The notes beneath the pieces are model-generated. The model was not told the DNA's origin and did not search any database. It worked only from the letters and a program-made list of their open reading frames with translations. This document shows positions 8,634-17,512 of a stretch of 27,100 nucleotides of DNA, one piece after another; within the stretch, counting starts at the first letter, position 1, and each line of letters opens with the position of its first letter. The translations under genes were made by a program, and so were the position numbers. This DNA comes from Terrimicrobiaceae bacterium (GTDB lineage: Bacteria > Verrucomicrobiota > Verrucomicrobiia > Chthoniobacterales > Terrimicrobiaceae), in contig JBGSVZ010000091.1 in assembly GCA_041752695.1 (NCBI GenBank), positions 1-27,100 on the forward strand, read 5' to 3'.

Positions 8634-9446
8634 ATGGAGAACCCATCTTCCAGCGAATCAGCAATTTTGGACGAAGAAAACGTGACACCCGCTGACACCC
8701 CAAAAAAACCCACAGCAATGAGAGTCATTCGGGAATTTTTCAGGATGAGTCAGCCACAGTTCGCTGAAGCCCTCGGATTATCTCTCTCCACGGTGCGTCA
8801 GAACGAACGCGGCGAAACAGCCACTTCGGAGGAAACTGAACAGCTGATACAAAAACATTTCGGAGTAGACCCAAGCGCCATCCGTGACGGAACCGAGATT
8901 AAGATGAGCGATGGGCAACCCCTCTCAATTGCCGCCAGGAAGGCATGGAAGGCGTCCCCTACCGATATGAATATTGATTTAATCGCGGATCGCGCTGCCT
9001 TGGTCGTCCGAGAAAAGGTTCGCCAATGGTCTGCGGCGGAAGGAGGCAAAGGCGAATTTCTTCAACGGCTTTTCGATCTAGCCAATCTCCTTGGCGTTCA
9101 CGATCTGGAAAACCGCGATGGATACATAAAGATTGGTGCGCCAAAAATCCATTCCACGTCCCGCGCTTGGAAAGATATCGTAAAGGACACCCCGATCGTT
9201 TGGGATGACCTTGTTCACGAGGAAAGAATTGCGAGCATTCAAGCCGAAATTGGACCGCATACCGTACTCACGATCACAATCGAAGATCAGGAACTTTGTC
9301 CCCCGTTCTTGGTCCAACAGAACGGAGCCTTTCAGTCGTCGATTATCGAAAGATGCGTTAAAAGAACCTACACGCTAAAGGGCGGCGATGGGCCTTTCCG
9401 TGATTCGATGATGTTCTCGACTTACAAGTATTTCAACGTGGGATGA
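8634..9446 (+). CDS. XRE/HTH_3 family transcriptional regulator (putative element repressor)
   Basis: MRVIREFFRMSQPQFAEALGLSLSTVRQNERGET is a classic Cro/C1 HTH. Start is ATG 8634 or 8718. Confidence 0.82.
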   Translation: MENPSSSESAILDEENVTPADTPKKPTAMRVIREFFRMSQPQFAEALGLSLSTVRQNERGETATSEETEQLIQKHFGVDPSAIRDGTEIKMSDGQPLSIAARKAWKASPTDMNIDLIADRAALVVREKVRQWSAAEGGKGEFLQRLFDLANLLGVHDLENRDGYIKIGAPKIHSTSRAWKDIVKDTPIVWDDLVHEERIASIQAEIGPHTVLTITIEDQELCPPFLVQQNGAFQSSIIERCVKRTYTLKGGDGPFRDSMMFSTYKYFNVG

Positions 9447-9468
9447 GCGCGTCAGATCGCGGGTGGGG

Positions 9469-10698
9469 TTATGACGACCACTCGAACTTCGACGCCTTGA
9501 CCACTTCCTCCAACTCCTCTCTTGCCTTCTCCGTCTTCCCCGCCTGCAAAAGCTTCAGGATTTCCGCCACCGATTCCGCCTGCGCCTTCTGTTGATCGGA
9601 GACGCGTTTGCCGGACATCGTTGCATCCAGCCCACCTGTTCGAGTGGTTTTGTGCCAATAGTTCTTTTCGATCACCTCGACGGTGTCACCACTCCATGCA
9701 CTCACCTCGGTAATGGTGTGGTTGCCTGAGTTACAAAGATTGGAAATGAAGCTGTGCCGCATCGCATGATAAAAGACATCGGGCCTGCCGAGTTTCTCCA
9801 TGTGATTTTCGAAGATTCGACGCGGATCGTAGCGGTACCGGGCCTTGCCCCCGCTTTTGTCAGGTTCCAAAACGAAAAGGTCCCCGGTTTTCAAGTTACC
9901 ACGGAGGAAATCAGTGAATTCTTGCGACAGGGGAATTTCACGGGTCTCTTTGTCCTTACTGCGCCATTCGTAAAATTTCCCATTCGCTAGCAACTGGGTC
10001 TCTTTTCCGGGAACTGTACAGACACGTCGGTCCAGGTCGAACCATTGCGGACGGGCCTGCACGATTTCACCTCGACGCAAACCAGCATGAAATCCGGCGA
10101 ACAGGATATAACGGAGTTTATCGGTAGGGGCTTTCTCGATCATCTCATTGCTGGCTTCTATGGCTACGGTCACCAACCTCCTCTCCTTTTTGGCATCATT
10201 CGGAAATTGCACTCGGCCTGGGCTGCAATTGAGATGTTCCAAAAAGGACTGGACTCGATTAATCACCGTTTGAGCGCTTGCTTCGCTACCCTTCCTTCTA
10301 TCGTCGTAATATTTCTGAAGTTGCTTCAACGTCACTTCTTGCGGGGACCTTGCGCCACACCTCGCTCCGAAGACTTCAAGAATTCCGCGGGTCCGATCAG
10401 CGGTGGATTCCGAGAACGAACCAACTCGTTTCCCTGCAAGATGGGCAGGTTTCAAACCCTCACGCTTCTGTGATATGTATTTGCTGATCGTAGACTTCCA
10501 CGGTGTCTTCGCGGATTTTCCTACTTTCCGTTGCCCCCGAATCTTACCGGCGGCGACAATCGCTCCTGCGAAGTCAGGAAACTTCACGTGAAGGTTGTCG
10601 AATTCCTGTACCCCATCGACATCATGGCGCAGCCAGTAGGTGTTCTTCCTGCGATAAATGCCCTGGGCAGCAGGATCATTCGTAACGATTTTCGGCAT
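9469..10698 (-). CDS. Tyrosine recombinase / site-specific integrase
   Basis: FHAGLRRGEI (R), SKDKETR (K), YHAMRHSF (HxxR), WSGD, EKNY (catalytic Y); lies next to a tRNA-derived att site. Confidence 0.92.
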   Translation of the reverse strand: MPKIVTNDPAAQGIYRRKNTYWLRHDVDGVQEFDNLHVKFPDFAGAIVAAGKIRGQRKVGKSAKTPWKSTISKYISQKREGLKPAHLAGKRVGSFSESTADRTRGILEVFGARCGARSPQEVTLKQLQKYYDDRRKGSEASAQTVINRVQSFLEHLNCSPGRVQFPNDAKKERRLVTVAIEASNEMIEKAPTDKLRYILFAGFHAGLRRGEIVQARPQWFDLDRRVCTVPGKETQLLANGKFYEWRSKDKETREIPLSQEFTDFLRGNLKTGDLFVLEPDKSGGKARYRYDPRRIFENHMEKLGRPDVFYHAMRHSFISNLCNSGNHTITEVSAWSGDTVEVIEKNYWHKTTRTGGLDATMSGKRVSDQQKAQAESVAEILKLLQAGKTEKAREELEEVVKASKFEWSS

Positions 10699-10719
10699 GG
10701 TAGATTTCTTCGGTCTTCG

Positions 10720-10748
10720 AAAGGTGTCTTATAAAAGGTGTCTTATAA
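10720..10748. repeat. Tandem 14-bp direct repeat; candidate integrase arm-binding sites
   Basis: AAAGGTGTCTTATA occurs twice in tandem between the integrase start and the att core. Confidence 0.7.
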
Positions 10749-10834
10749 CAACACTTTTCCCTCTGACGGAAAGACAGAACGTTCCGCTCAGAACAAGCAC
10801 CAGAGCCGCTATTTCAAAAGCGCTCCGGATGTTT

Positions 10835-10888
10835 AGCGCCTCGTTCGGGACGAGGAGGCCGCGGGTTCGAATCCCGCCGACCCGACCA
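10835..10888 (+). other. 3' fragment of tRNA-Pro(CGG), the att site (attR) of the integrative element
   Basis: CCTCG-TTCGGGA-CGAGG anticodon arm, AGGCC variable loop, GCGGG-TTCGAAT-CCCGC T arm, CGACCCG-A-CCA end. The required 5' acceptor strand (CGGGTCG) and D loop are absent upstream. Confidence 0.88.
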
Positions 10889-11131
10889 TTTGGCCCTGCA
10901 TGCTTTCACGCGTCGAAGTGAATTTTCGGATTCTGAAGGCATGACGAAGTCCAGAAACAACAACGGACGGCGTTACCTGCCGTCAAACTTACCGACACCT
11001 GGACTGACGCGAGATTCGCTCTGCCCAAGGCAATGAGAAGCTGGTTTGGGAGGCTCGAGGGCTCAACTTGAACCGCCAACGAGACCAAGGGTCGCGATTG
11101 ACTTCCCGGGTCGTCTTCTCAGAATCCGCCC

Positions 11132-12214
11132 ATGTCTTCCCGGAAGTTCAAACTCAGCGGAAGGGGCGTTGCCGCGCTCCGTGAAAGTTTGCTTGCCCTT
11201 TGCGAGTCCCGGCGCTGGCCGACTCTGGAGCCCCTCCCTGCCACCCGCTTTCTGGGAGGCAACTTCGGGATATCCAATGTCAGTGCTTTTCGTGTGCTGA
11301 ATGAACTTAGTGATGGCGGGCAACTTTGGCGCGCCACGAATGGGCGCTATTTCTTGCCCGATGCCCGCCGGCTGTTGGAAAAACCCGCCCCCGTGGCGTG
11401 CCTGATTCGCCGACTGGAACGCTGGACCGAAGTCGGTCGGGAAATCATGAATGGCGTCGATGATGCCTGCGGAGACGCGGAACGGGCCATGCTACTGGTC
11501 CATGACCGGACACTCTTTCGTCAGACCGACCCCGACGCTCCCACCGTGATCGGATCGGACGCAGAACTCCGGCGGACCATGGAGGACTTTTTCCGCGTCC
11601 ATTCCGAAAGGATTAGCGGGGTGATTCTTGACGAACTTTGGCCCGACCGCGTGCTGGCCGGATTTAAAACAGAGCTCAGCGCGGGTGTCGTGGTCTATCG
11701 CCACACCACGCTTCCCTTCCTCGGCAGTGTCAGCGCGGACGTCGGGAGCGCGGCGAAGCTGGTGGTGGATCACGCAAGAAGAAACGGGTTTGCGAAGATC
11801 ATCCTCCTTCAGACCATTCGCGGCTACCAACCGTCCGATGAGATAACTTTGGCGCTGCGGACGGCCGTCAAGGGGAACGCACCCCATCTTGAGCTACGGC
11901 CGCTGGACTCGTCCGCCGCCATCCAGAGTTTACTGATGGGTTTACGCAAGGAACGCCGGAAAACCCTTTTGGTCGTCACGGAGGATAATGCGGCCGTCGC
12001 AGTGCTCCAGGCCTGCCGGCACGGTGGTATCACTATTCCTGAGCGCGTTGGCCTGATGACAACGATGGGCAGCAAAATTGCCCTCGATCGCTCGATCACC
12101 TCCACGAAATTTGATTTCCGACTGATGGGTGCCGAGGCCGCCCGCATGGCCATTAGCGGGACTTGCCAAAAGATCCAACTTGCCGCCACGTTTTTTCCGG
12201 GCGAAAGCGCCTAA
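11132..12214 (+). CDS. GntR-type wHTH plus LacI-type sugar-binding domain regulator
   Basis: LPATRFLGGNFGISNVSAFRVLNEL (GntR-like HTH); C-terminal EDNAAVAVL..GITIPERVGL..SITS..DFRLMGAEAA (periplasmic-binding-protein-like fold). Confidence 0.8.
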   Translation: MSSRKFKLSGRGVAALRESLLALCESRRWPTLEPLPATRFLGGNFGISNVSAFRVLNELSDGGQLWRATNGRYFLPDARRLLEKPAPVACLIRRLERWTEVGREIMNGVDDACGDAERAMLLVHDRTLFRQTDPDAPTVIGSDAELRRTMEDFFRVHSERISGVILDELWPDRVLAGFKTELSAGVVVYRHTTLPFLGSVSADVGSAAKLVVDHARRNGFAKIILLQTIRGYQPSDEITLALRTAVKGNAPHLELRPLDSSAAIQSLLMGLRKERRKTLLVVTEDNAAVAVLQACRHGGITIPERVGLMTTMGSKIALDRSITSTKFDFRLMGAEAARMAISGTCQKIQLAATFFPGESA

Positions 12215-12281
12215 CGATCAGGCAAGGGGAGTCGCGACCGCGAGGTTTCCCATACCTAGGAACATCCTGGCACGGGAAGAC

Positions 12282-12310
12282 TTGACGTAACAAAATGCGC
12301 GTGTTACATC
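12282..12310 (+). promoter_or_regulatory. Putative sigma70 promoter with overlapping palindromic operator
   Basis: TTGACG (12282-12287) and a weak -10 near 12304-12310; GTAACA-N9-TGTTAC at 12287-12307. Confidence 0.55.
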
Positions 12311-12317
12311 GCCAAGG

Positions 12318-13304
12318 ATGCAAGACCTTGTGCTGATCGGCTTCGGCTTCATGGGCAAAACGCATGCGGACGTCTATCGCCGTCTGCCGGCTGTCCGGGT
12401 CGTCGGCGTCGTGGAGCCCGGCGGCGAGGCGATTCGGGAGGAACTTTCCGCCTGCGGTCTGGGTGGGCTGCCTGTTTTTGCTGACCTGCCCACGGCAATT
12501 GGTGCTGTTGACTTTTCTGTGGCGGACATCTGCCTGCCCACCGACCTGCATCACGGAATCACCCTCCAGGCTTTGGCGGCCGGGAAGCATGTGTTCTGTG
12601 AAAAGCCGATAGCATTGAGGCGGGACGAGGCCGAGGCAATGACCCGGGCCGCCCGACTGGCGGATCGCCAGTTGATGATCGGGCACTGTATCCGCTTCTG
12701 GCCGGAATACGTCGAATTGAAACGGATGGCAGATTCGGGGAACCACGGACGGCTCGTCGCGCTTTCCCTGGGCCGCCGCACCGGGCGTCCTGCCTACAGC
12801 AGGGAAGACTGGGTCAACCAGCCGGAACGCTGTATCGGCGCAGCACTCGACCTCCACATCCATGATACGGATTTCCTCATCGATCTTCTCGGTGTCCCAA
12901 AAGCGGTCGACTCGCAGGCGTTGCGCGACGAGTCCGGTTGGAGCAGCATTGCCACGCACTACCTTTACGACGGGTGCCTCGTGACAGCAGAAGGGGCCTG
13001 GAACTATCCGGCAAACTGGGGCTTCCAAATGCGCTTCAGCGCGGTATTCGAGCGGGCCGTGCTCGACTACGATTCCCGGGCTACGGATACCCTCACCCTG
13101 ACGCTCGACAACAGTGCTCCAGCTCCCATCGGCGTCCCGCCGGGAGACGGTTATTTCCACGAACTTACCTATTTCATCGACTGCCTCGAACGGGGCGCAT
13201 CAGTCACCATTAACACCGGCGAGCAAGCCACCGCGTCGCTTGAGGTTGTCCTCGCTGAAATCCAATCCGCCGACTCGCAGCAAAGGATCACGTTGACCAA
13301 ATAA
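12318..13304 (+). CDS. Gfo/Idh/MocA family oxidoreductase
   Basis: IGFGFMG Rossmann motif, ICLPTDLH, CEKP, DLHIHD. Confidence 0.92.
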   Translation: MQDLVLIGFGFMGKTHADVYRRLPAVRVVGVVEPGGEAIREELSACGLGGLPVFADLPTAIGAVDFSVADICLPTDLHHGITLQALAAGKHVFCEKPIALRRDEAEAMTRAARLADRQLMIGHCIRFWPEYVELKRMADSGNHGRLVALSLGRRTGRPAYSREDWVNQPERCIGAALDLHIHDTDFLIDLLGVPKAVDSQALRDESGWSSIATHYLYDGCLVTAEGAWNYPANWGFQMRFSAVFERAVLDYDSRATDTLTLTLDNSAPAPIGVPPGDGYFHELTYFIDCLERGASVTINTGEQATASLEVVLAEIQSADSQQRITLTK

Positions 13305-13308
13305 GACT

Positions 13309-14331
13309 ATGCAAAATGTCGCTATTATCGGACTGGGGTTTATGGGCACGATGCATGCCCAGATTTACCATCAACTGCGGGACACCGCGCTTGTGGCTGT
13401 CGTGGACCGCGAACAGATGAAAGCCAAGCGCAACCTCGCCAAGCTCGGCCTGTCCGCGATGGTCTTTGGCACCTTCGAAGAGATGATGGGGAAGTGCGAC
13501 GTCGATGTGGTCGACATCTGCCTGCCCACCGACCTTCACGCCACGTTTGCGAGGAAGGCGATCGCGGCCGGCAAGCATCTCTTTTGCGAAAAGCCCCTGG
13601 CACTGACAACAGCAGATGGTAAGAAAATCGCAGAAGAGGCAAAACGTGCGGGAGTCTTTTTTCAGGTGGGCCAATGCATCCGGTTCTGGCCGGAATACCT
13701 TGCCTTTGAAACCCTGGTGAAGTCCGGCAAGCTCGGTAATTTGCTCAGTCTCTCGCTCCAGCGGCGCGCGGGGCGGCCATCTTACAGCACGGAAAACTGG
13801 CTCAACGACGAAACCCGCTCGGGTGGTGCCGCACTCGATCTCCACATCCACGATACCGACTACATCCACCATCTCCTGGGGAAACCCATGGCTGTGAGTT
13901 CTTTCGGCACCAGGGACAGTTCCGGCTGGAGTCACATCTTTACAAACTACCATTTCAAAGATCTGGTGGCAACCGCTGAAGGCGGATGGAACTATCCCAA
14001 GAACTGGGGATTTCAGATGGCCTTTCAGGCTGTCTTCGAACGGGGCGCTGTCGAATTCGACAGTGGAGCGCATCCCACCCTGACCCTAACGATGGACGGC
14101 CGGCGGAAGCGGCCCTTGCCCTACAAAAATCCCGGCGCGGGCGAATCTTCCACCGGAACAGGAAACCTGTCCTCGCTCGGGGGCTATTATAACGAACTCG
14201 CCGCTTTCATCGCCTGTTTGGAGAAAAGAAAGGCACCGAAAATCGCCACCGGCGAACAGGCTGCGGAATCCCTCGCCACCGTGCTCGCGGAAATCCGTTC
14301 CGCCACCACCGGACGCACCGTCAAACTTTAA
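13309..14331 (+). CDS. Gfo/Idh/MocA family oxidoreductase (paralog of upstream gene)
   Basis: IGLGFMG, ICLPTDLH, CEKP, DLHIHD. Confidence 0.92.
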   Translation: MQNVAIIGLGFMGTMHAQIYHQLRDTALVAVVDREQMKAKRNLAKLGLSAMVFGTFEEMMGKCDVDVVDICLPTDLHATFARKAIAAGKHLFCEKPLALTTADGKKIAEEAKRAGVFFQVGQCIRFWPEYLAFETLVKSGKLGNLLSLSLQRRAGRPSYSTENWLNDETRSGGAALDLHIHDTDYIHHLLGKPMAVSSFGTRDSSGWSHIFTNYHFKDLVATAEGGWNYPKNWGFQMAFQAVFERGAVEFDSGAHPTLTLTMDGRRKRPLPYKNPGAGESSTGTGNLSSLGGYYNELAAFIACLEKRKAPKIATGEQAAESLATVLAEIRSATTGRTVKL

Positions 14332-14343
14332 CCTATCTCAATC

Positions 14344-15192
14344 ATGAAAAAATCCGTGGGCATTTGTTGCTTTTATGGAAAGTGGAGTATCGAAGAAAAA
14401 CTCATCCTCGCGAAAGAAGCGGGCTTCCGGGGATTCGAGATCGACCTCAGCGAGGACGGTCCGGTCAATCTTCATAGCACCCCCGCTGAACTAAAAACAT
14501 TCCGCGCGCTTGCCGAGAAGCACGGGCTCGAACTCAGCGGTCTTATGTCGTTCCTCTACTGGGGCGCGAATGCCGCCAGCGGGGATCCCGCAGTAAGGCA
14601 GAAAGCCTCCTCTCTCCTCGCCCGTCAAATCGAATGCGCCCAGCAGCTCGGGATCGACACAATTCTCGCCGTCCCCGGTGCCGTCGGTGTGGACTTTATC
14701 CCTGGCGCGGAAACCGTTCGCTACGACCTGGCCTATGAACGCGCCAGCGAGTTCATCAAAACCGCGTTGCCCACTGCAGAGAAAGCCGGCGTGACGATCG
14801 CGGTGGAAAACGTCTGGAACAAATTCCTGCTTAGTCCGCTCGAGATGAAGGCATTCGTGGACCAGTTCAGCAGCCCCAACGTCGGCGTCTATTTTGATGT
14901 GGCTAATACCCTGGCTTTTGGGTACCCGGAGCATTGGATTGAAATCCTCGGCGAGCGGATCAAAAGGGTCCATTTCAAGGATTACCGGCGGAATGTGGCC
15001 ACCGTGGACGGGTTTTGCGATCTGCTTTCCGGTGATGTGGATTGGTCGGCGGTGATGACCGCGTTGCGCAAAGTGGGCTACGAAAACTGGATCGCCGCCG
15101 AAATGATTCCGCCGGTTCCGTTCTACAAACACTGCCCGGAAGTCCTCATCCATACGACCTCCCGGGCGATGGATGCCATCCTTAAGCTCTAA
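14344..15192 (+). CDS. Sugar phosphate isomerase/epimerase (AP_endonuc_2 TIM barrel)
   Basis: GFRGFEI, VENVWNKFLLSP, YFDVAN, VHFKD, GDVDW, AAEM metal-binding motifs. Confidence 0.9.
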   Translation: MKKSVGICCFYGKWSIEEKLILAKEAGFRGFEIDLSEDGPVNLHSTPAELKTFRALAEKHGLELSGLMSFLYWGANAASGDPAVRQKASSLLARQIECAQQLGIDTILAVPGAVGVDFIPGAETVRYDLAYERASEFIKTALPTAEKAGVTIAVENVWNKFLLSPLEMKAFVDQFSSPNVGVYFDVANTLAFGYPEHWIEILGERIKRVHFKDYRRNVATVDGFCDLLSGDVDWSAVMTALRKVGYENWIAAEMIPPVPFYKHCPEVLIHTTSRAMDAILKL

Positions 15193-15196
15193 GCCG

Positions 15197-15964
15197 ATGA
15201 TTGCCCTCGCTGCCGCCACGCACCCCGACGACATCGAATTCATGATGGCAGGGACACTGCTGCGCTTGAAGGATGCTGGGTGCGAAATCCACCTCTGGAA
15301 CCTCGCGAACGGCTGCTGCGGATCGGCCACGCTCTCGCGCGAGGAAGCCAGCGCGCTTCGATGGAAAGAGGCGCTCGCCTCCGCCGAACTTGCGGGGGGG
15401 ACCGCCCATCCGCCGCTTTTCGATGATCTCAGCGTCTACTACGATGCGGCATCAGTGGCTCGTGTGGCGGCGGTCATCCGTCAGATTCAGCCGGACATCA
15501 TCCTGACCCAGTCGCCGCAGGATTATATGGAAGATCACCAGAACACGGCGCGCCTCGTGGTCACGGGCGCATTCACGCGAGCGATGAAAAACTTCGTGCC
15601 CGATCCCCCCACGGCGATCTCCGACAAGCCGGTCGCGGTCTACCACGCGTTGCCGCACGGACTCAATGATGCGCTCCGCCAGCCAGTCGTCCCGCATTTT
15701 TTCACCGACATCAGCGCCGTCCTAACCCGCAAACGTGCGATGCTCGCCTGCCATGCCTCACAGAAGGAATGGCTTGATGTCACCCAAGGCATGGACGCCT
15801 ACCTTGAGGAGATGGAGCGCATGAGCCGCGAAGTCGGGCGCAGAAGTGGTAAATACCAAGCCGCCGAGGGTTGGCGCCGCCACTCTCACCTCGGCTTCGG
15901 CCCTGAAGATTTCGACCCGCTTTGCCATCTCCTCGATTGTTCGTCCTCCGAACTCCAACCCTAA
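15197..15964 (+). CDS. PIG-L/LmbE family N-deacetylase
   Basis: HPDDIE, DYMEDH, CHASQ; ATG at 15197 just after the upstream stop. Confidence 0.9.
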   Translation: MIALAAATHPDDIEFMMAGTLLRLKDAGCEIHLWNLANGCCGSATLSREEASALRWKEALASAELAGGTAHPPLFDDLSVYYDAASVARVAAVIRQIQPDIILTQSPQDYMEDHQNTARLVVTGAFTRAMKNFVPDPPTAISDKPVAVYHALPHGLNDALRQPVVPHFFTDISAVLTRKRAMLACHASQKEWLDVTQGMDAYLEEMERMSREVGRRSGKYQAAEGWRRHSHLGFGPEDFDPLCHLLDCSSSELQP

Positions 15965-15969
15965 AAAAT

Positions 15970-16905
15970 ATGCCCAGACCCATTAGCAAACTAGCCCCCG
16001 CCTGGTGGGATTACACCACCCTTGAGGCCGATCTGCTCGCCGATGCGGCTCGTATTGATGAAAAGAAGCTCAAGGGACTTTCGCGCCCCGGCTTCACCAT
16101 TCACTTCTACGACACCGTGCAGGAATTCTACGCCGCGGAGGCGTTGGAATATGTGGATGCCTGGAGACAGAGCACGCCGGATAATCCGGCCGGCATCTGC
16201 GGACCGATCGGGCCGACCGAGCAACTTCCCCTCGTCGCCCGGGTGGTCAACGCTCTCGGGATCAATCTGAAGAAGCACGACGCGCATTTCTGGGGCATGG
16301 ACGAGTGGGTCATCGACGGGAAGACCGTGGATGCGAAACATCCGCTTTCATTTGCCAGAGCCGACAAGGAACTTTGCTTTGCGCGGATCGATAAGTCGCT
16401 GCGTATTCCGGAAGCGAACCTGCATTTCCCGAGCGGCGACCTCAACGCCTACAGCAAAAGCTACGACGCCATCCGTTGTGTGGTCATGCAAGGCGGCCAG
16501 GGCGAGATCAAGCATTGGGCGTTCAACGACCCACTGCCCCGCACCGGCAAATACAAAGACGCCCCGCCCAGCCCCGCGGAATACCGCCAGCTCGGCACCC
16601 GGTTCGTGAAACTGCACCCGGTGACGATCACCCAAAATGCCCGCACGAGCGGCGGAGGAAATGTCGCGCTGGTGCCGACGGAAGCCGCCACGGTCGGCCC
16701 GCGCGAGACGTGGAAGGCCGAAAAGGTTTCGATCTGGCACCCGGGGCACCACGACAATCCTTTTGGTCTCCGCCTCAGCGCCCTGATGATCTCGAAGCGC
16801 CTTCCGGACTCCAGCGTCCCGATGTCCCTCCTCTCAGACCATCCGAATGTTCACTTTCACTACCTGCGATCGGGAATTGGCAGTGTCACCGTGGAAATGC
16901 ACTAA
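15970..16905 (+). CDS. Glucosamine-6-phosphate isomerase/deaminase (NagB-like, divergent)
   Basis: WGMDEW and KHWAFNDP align with NagB MDEY and [20 protein letters not shown]-terminus. Confidence 0.8.
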   Translation: MPRPISKLAPAWWDYTTLEADLLADAARIDEKKLKGLSRPGFTIHFYDTVQEFYAAEALEYVDAWRQSTPDNPAGICGPIGPTEQLPLVARVVNALGINLKKHDAHFWGMDEWVIDGKTVDAKHPLSFARADKELCFARIDKSLRIPEANLHFPSGDLNAYSKSYDAIRCVVMQGGQGEIKHWAFNDPLPRTGKYKDAPPSPAEYRQLGTRFVKLHPVTITQNARTSGGGNVALVPTEAATVGPRETWKAEKVSIWHPGHHDNPFGLRLSALMISKRLPDSSVPMSLLSDHPNVHFHYLRSGIGSVTVEMH

Positions 16906-17512
16906 GATCAGCTTCCCCAAACTGCCTTCTCAGACTTGCCTCATCGTCGACGTCTTCGAGTGTCGCTAGGAAATCTACCGTCAATGCCAAGCGTTTGGCG
17001 GCGGCGAGGGTTTCGGCGAGCACCTGGGGGGTGCTCCAGGAAATTTTTTCAAAAAGTCCGACCTGCGGAGTTTTTAGTCCGAGCAGGACGTATCCGCCAT
17101 CGACCGCCGGGCCGAGGACAATGTCGGATGCCGTGAGGCGCCGGCCGGCGTCCTCAAGGTAGGTGCCGGAAACTGCGGGACAATCGCCACCCACGAGAAA
17201 AAGCGCGGTCGTTCCCCGCTGAAATTCGGTGCGAACAATGCTGGTCAACCGGGAGCCCAGATCGCCTTCGCCCTGCGGAACGAAACGCCGGTTTTTTGGC
17301 AGCAGGGGCCCTAGCCAGGCCTCCATTTCCGGGCCGGCATCTTCCGGAGCAAAATGCACCGCCACCTCCCAATCTGCCGGAATCGCCCTGGCCTGATGCT
17401 CGACCAGAGCTCGGTAGATTTCAGTCGCCTTTTGCGCACCAATCTCCCGCGCCAATCGGGTCTTGACCGTTCCCTCACGCGGGGCCTTGAGAACGAGGCA
17501 AACGGTATTCAT
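16886..17512 (-). CDS. TIGR04282/DUF2064 family (arsenosugar-biosynthesis-associated, CofC-like) transferase
   Basis: [56 protein letters not shown] overlap with the upstream gene. Confidence 0.9.
   Translation of the reverse strand: MNTVCLVLKAPREGTVKTRLAREIGAQKATEIYRALVEHQARAIPADWEVAVHFAPEDAGPEMEAWLGPLLPKNRRFVPQGEGDLGSRLTSIVRTEFQRGTTALFLVGGDCPAVSGTYLEDAGRRLTASDIVLGPAVDGGYVLLGLKTPQVGLFEKISWSTPQVLAETLAAAKRLALTVDFLATLEDVDDEASLRRQFGEADLSAFPR

Larger units (their letters stand above)
141..10888. mobile_element. tRNA-Pro-integrated genomic island / satellite-like integrative element (left boundary outside window)
   Basis: att fragment, integrase, repressor, primase/helicase and defence-type cargo; visibly more AT-rich stretches than the genes right of 10888. 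Confidence 0.8.

Noticed and set aside
10812..10888. Intact tRNA-Pro gene
   Set aside because: No 5' acceptor strand (CGGGTCG) or D loop upstream of 10835, so only the 3' part is present.
141..10888. Complete prophage or conjugative element
   Set aside because: No structural, packaging, lysis, relaxase or T4SS genes in the window, although the left part is unseen.
10966..10984. Hairpin GACGGC-N7-GCCGTC after the tRNA fragment as a terminator
   Set aside because: Short 6-bp stem with no U-tract; could be chance.
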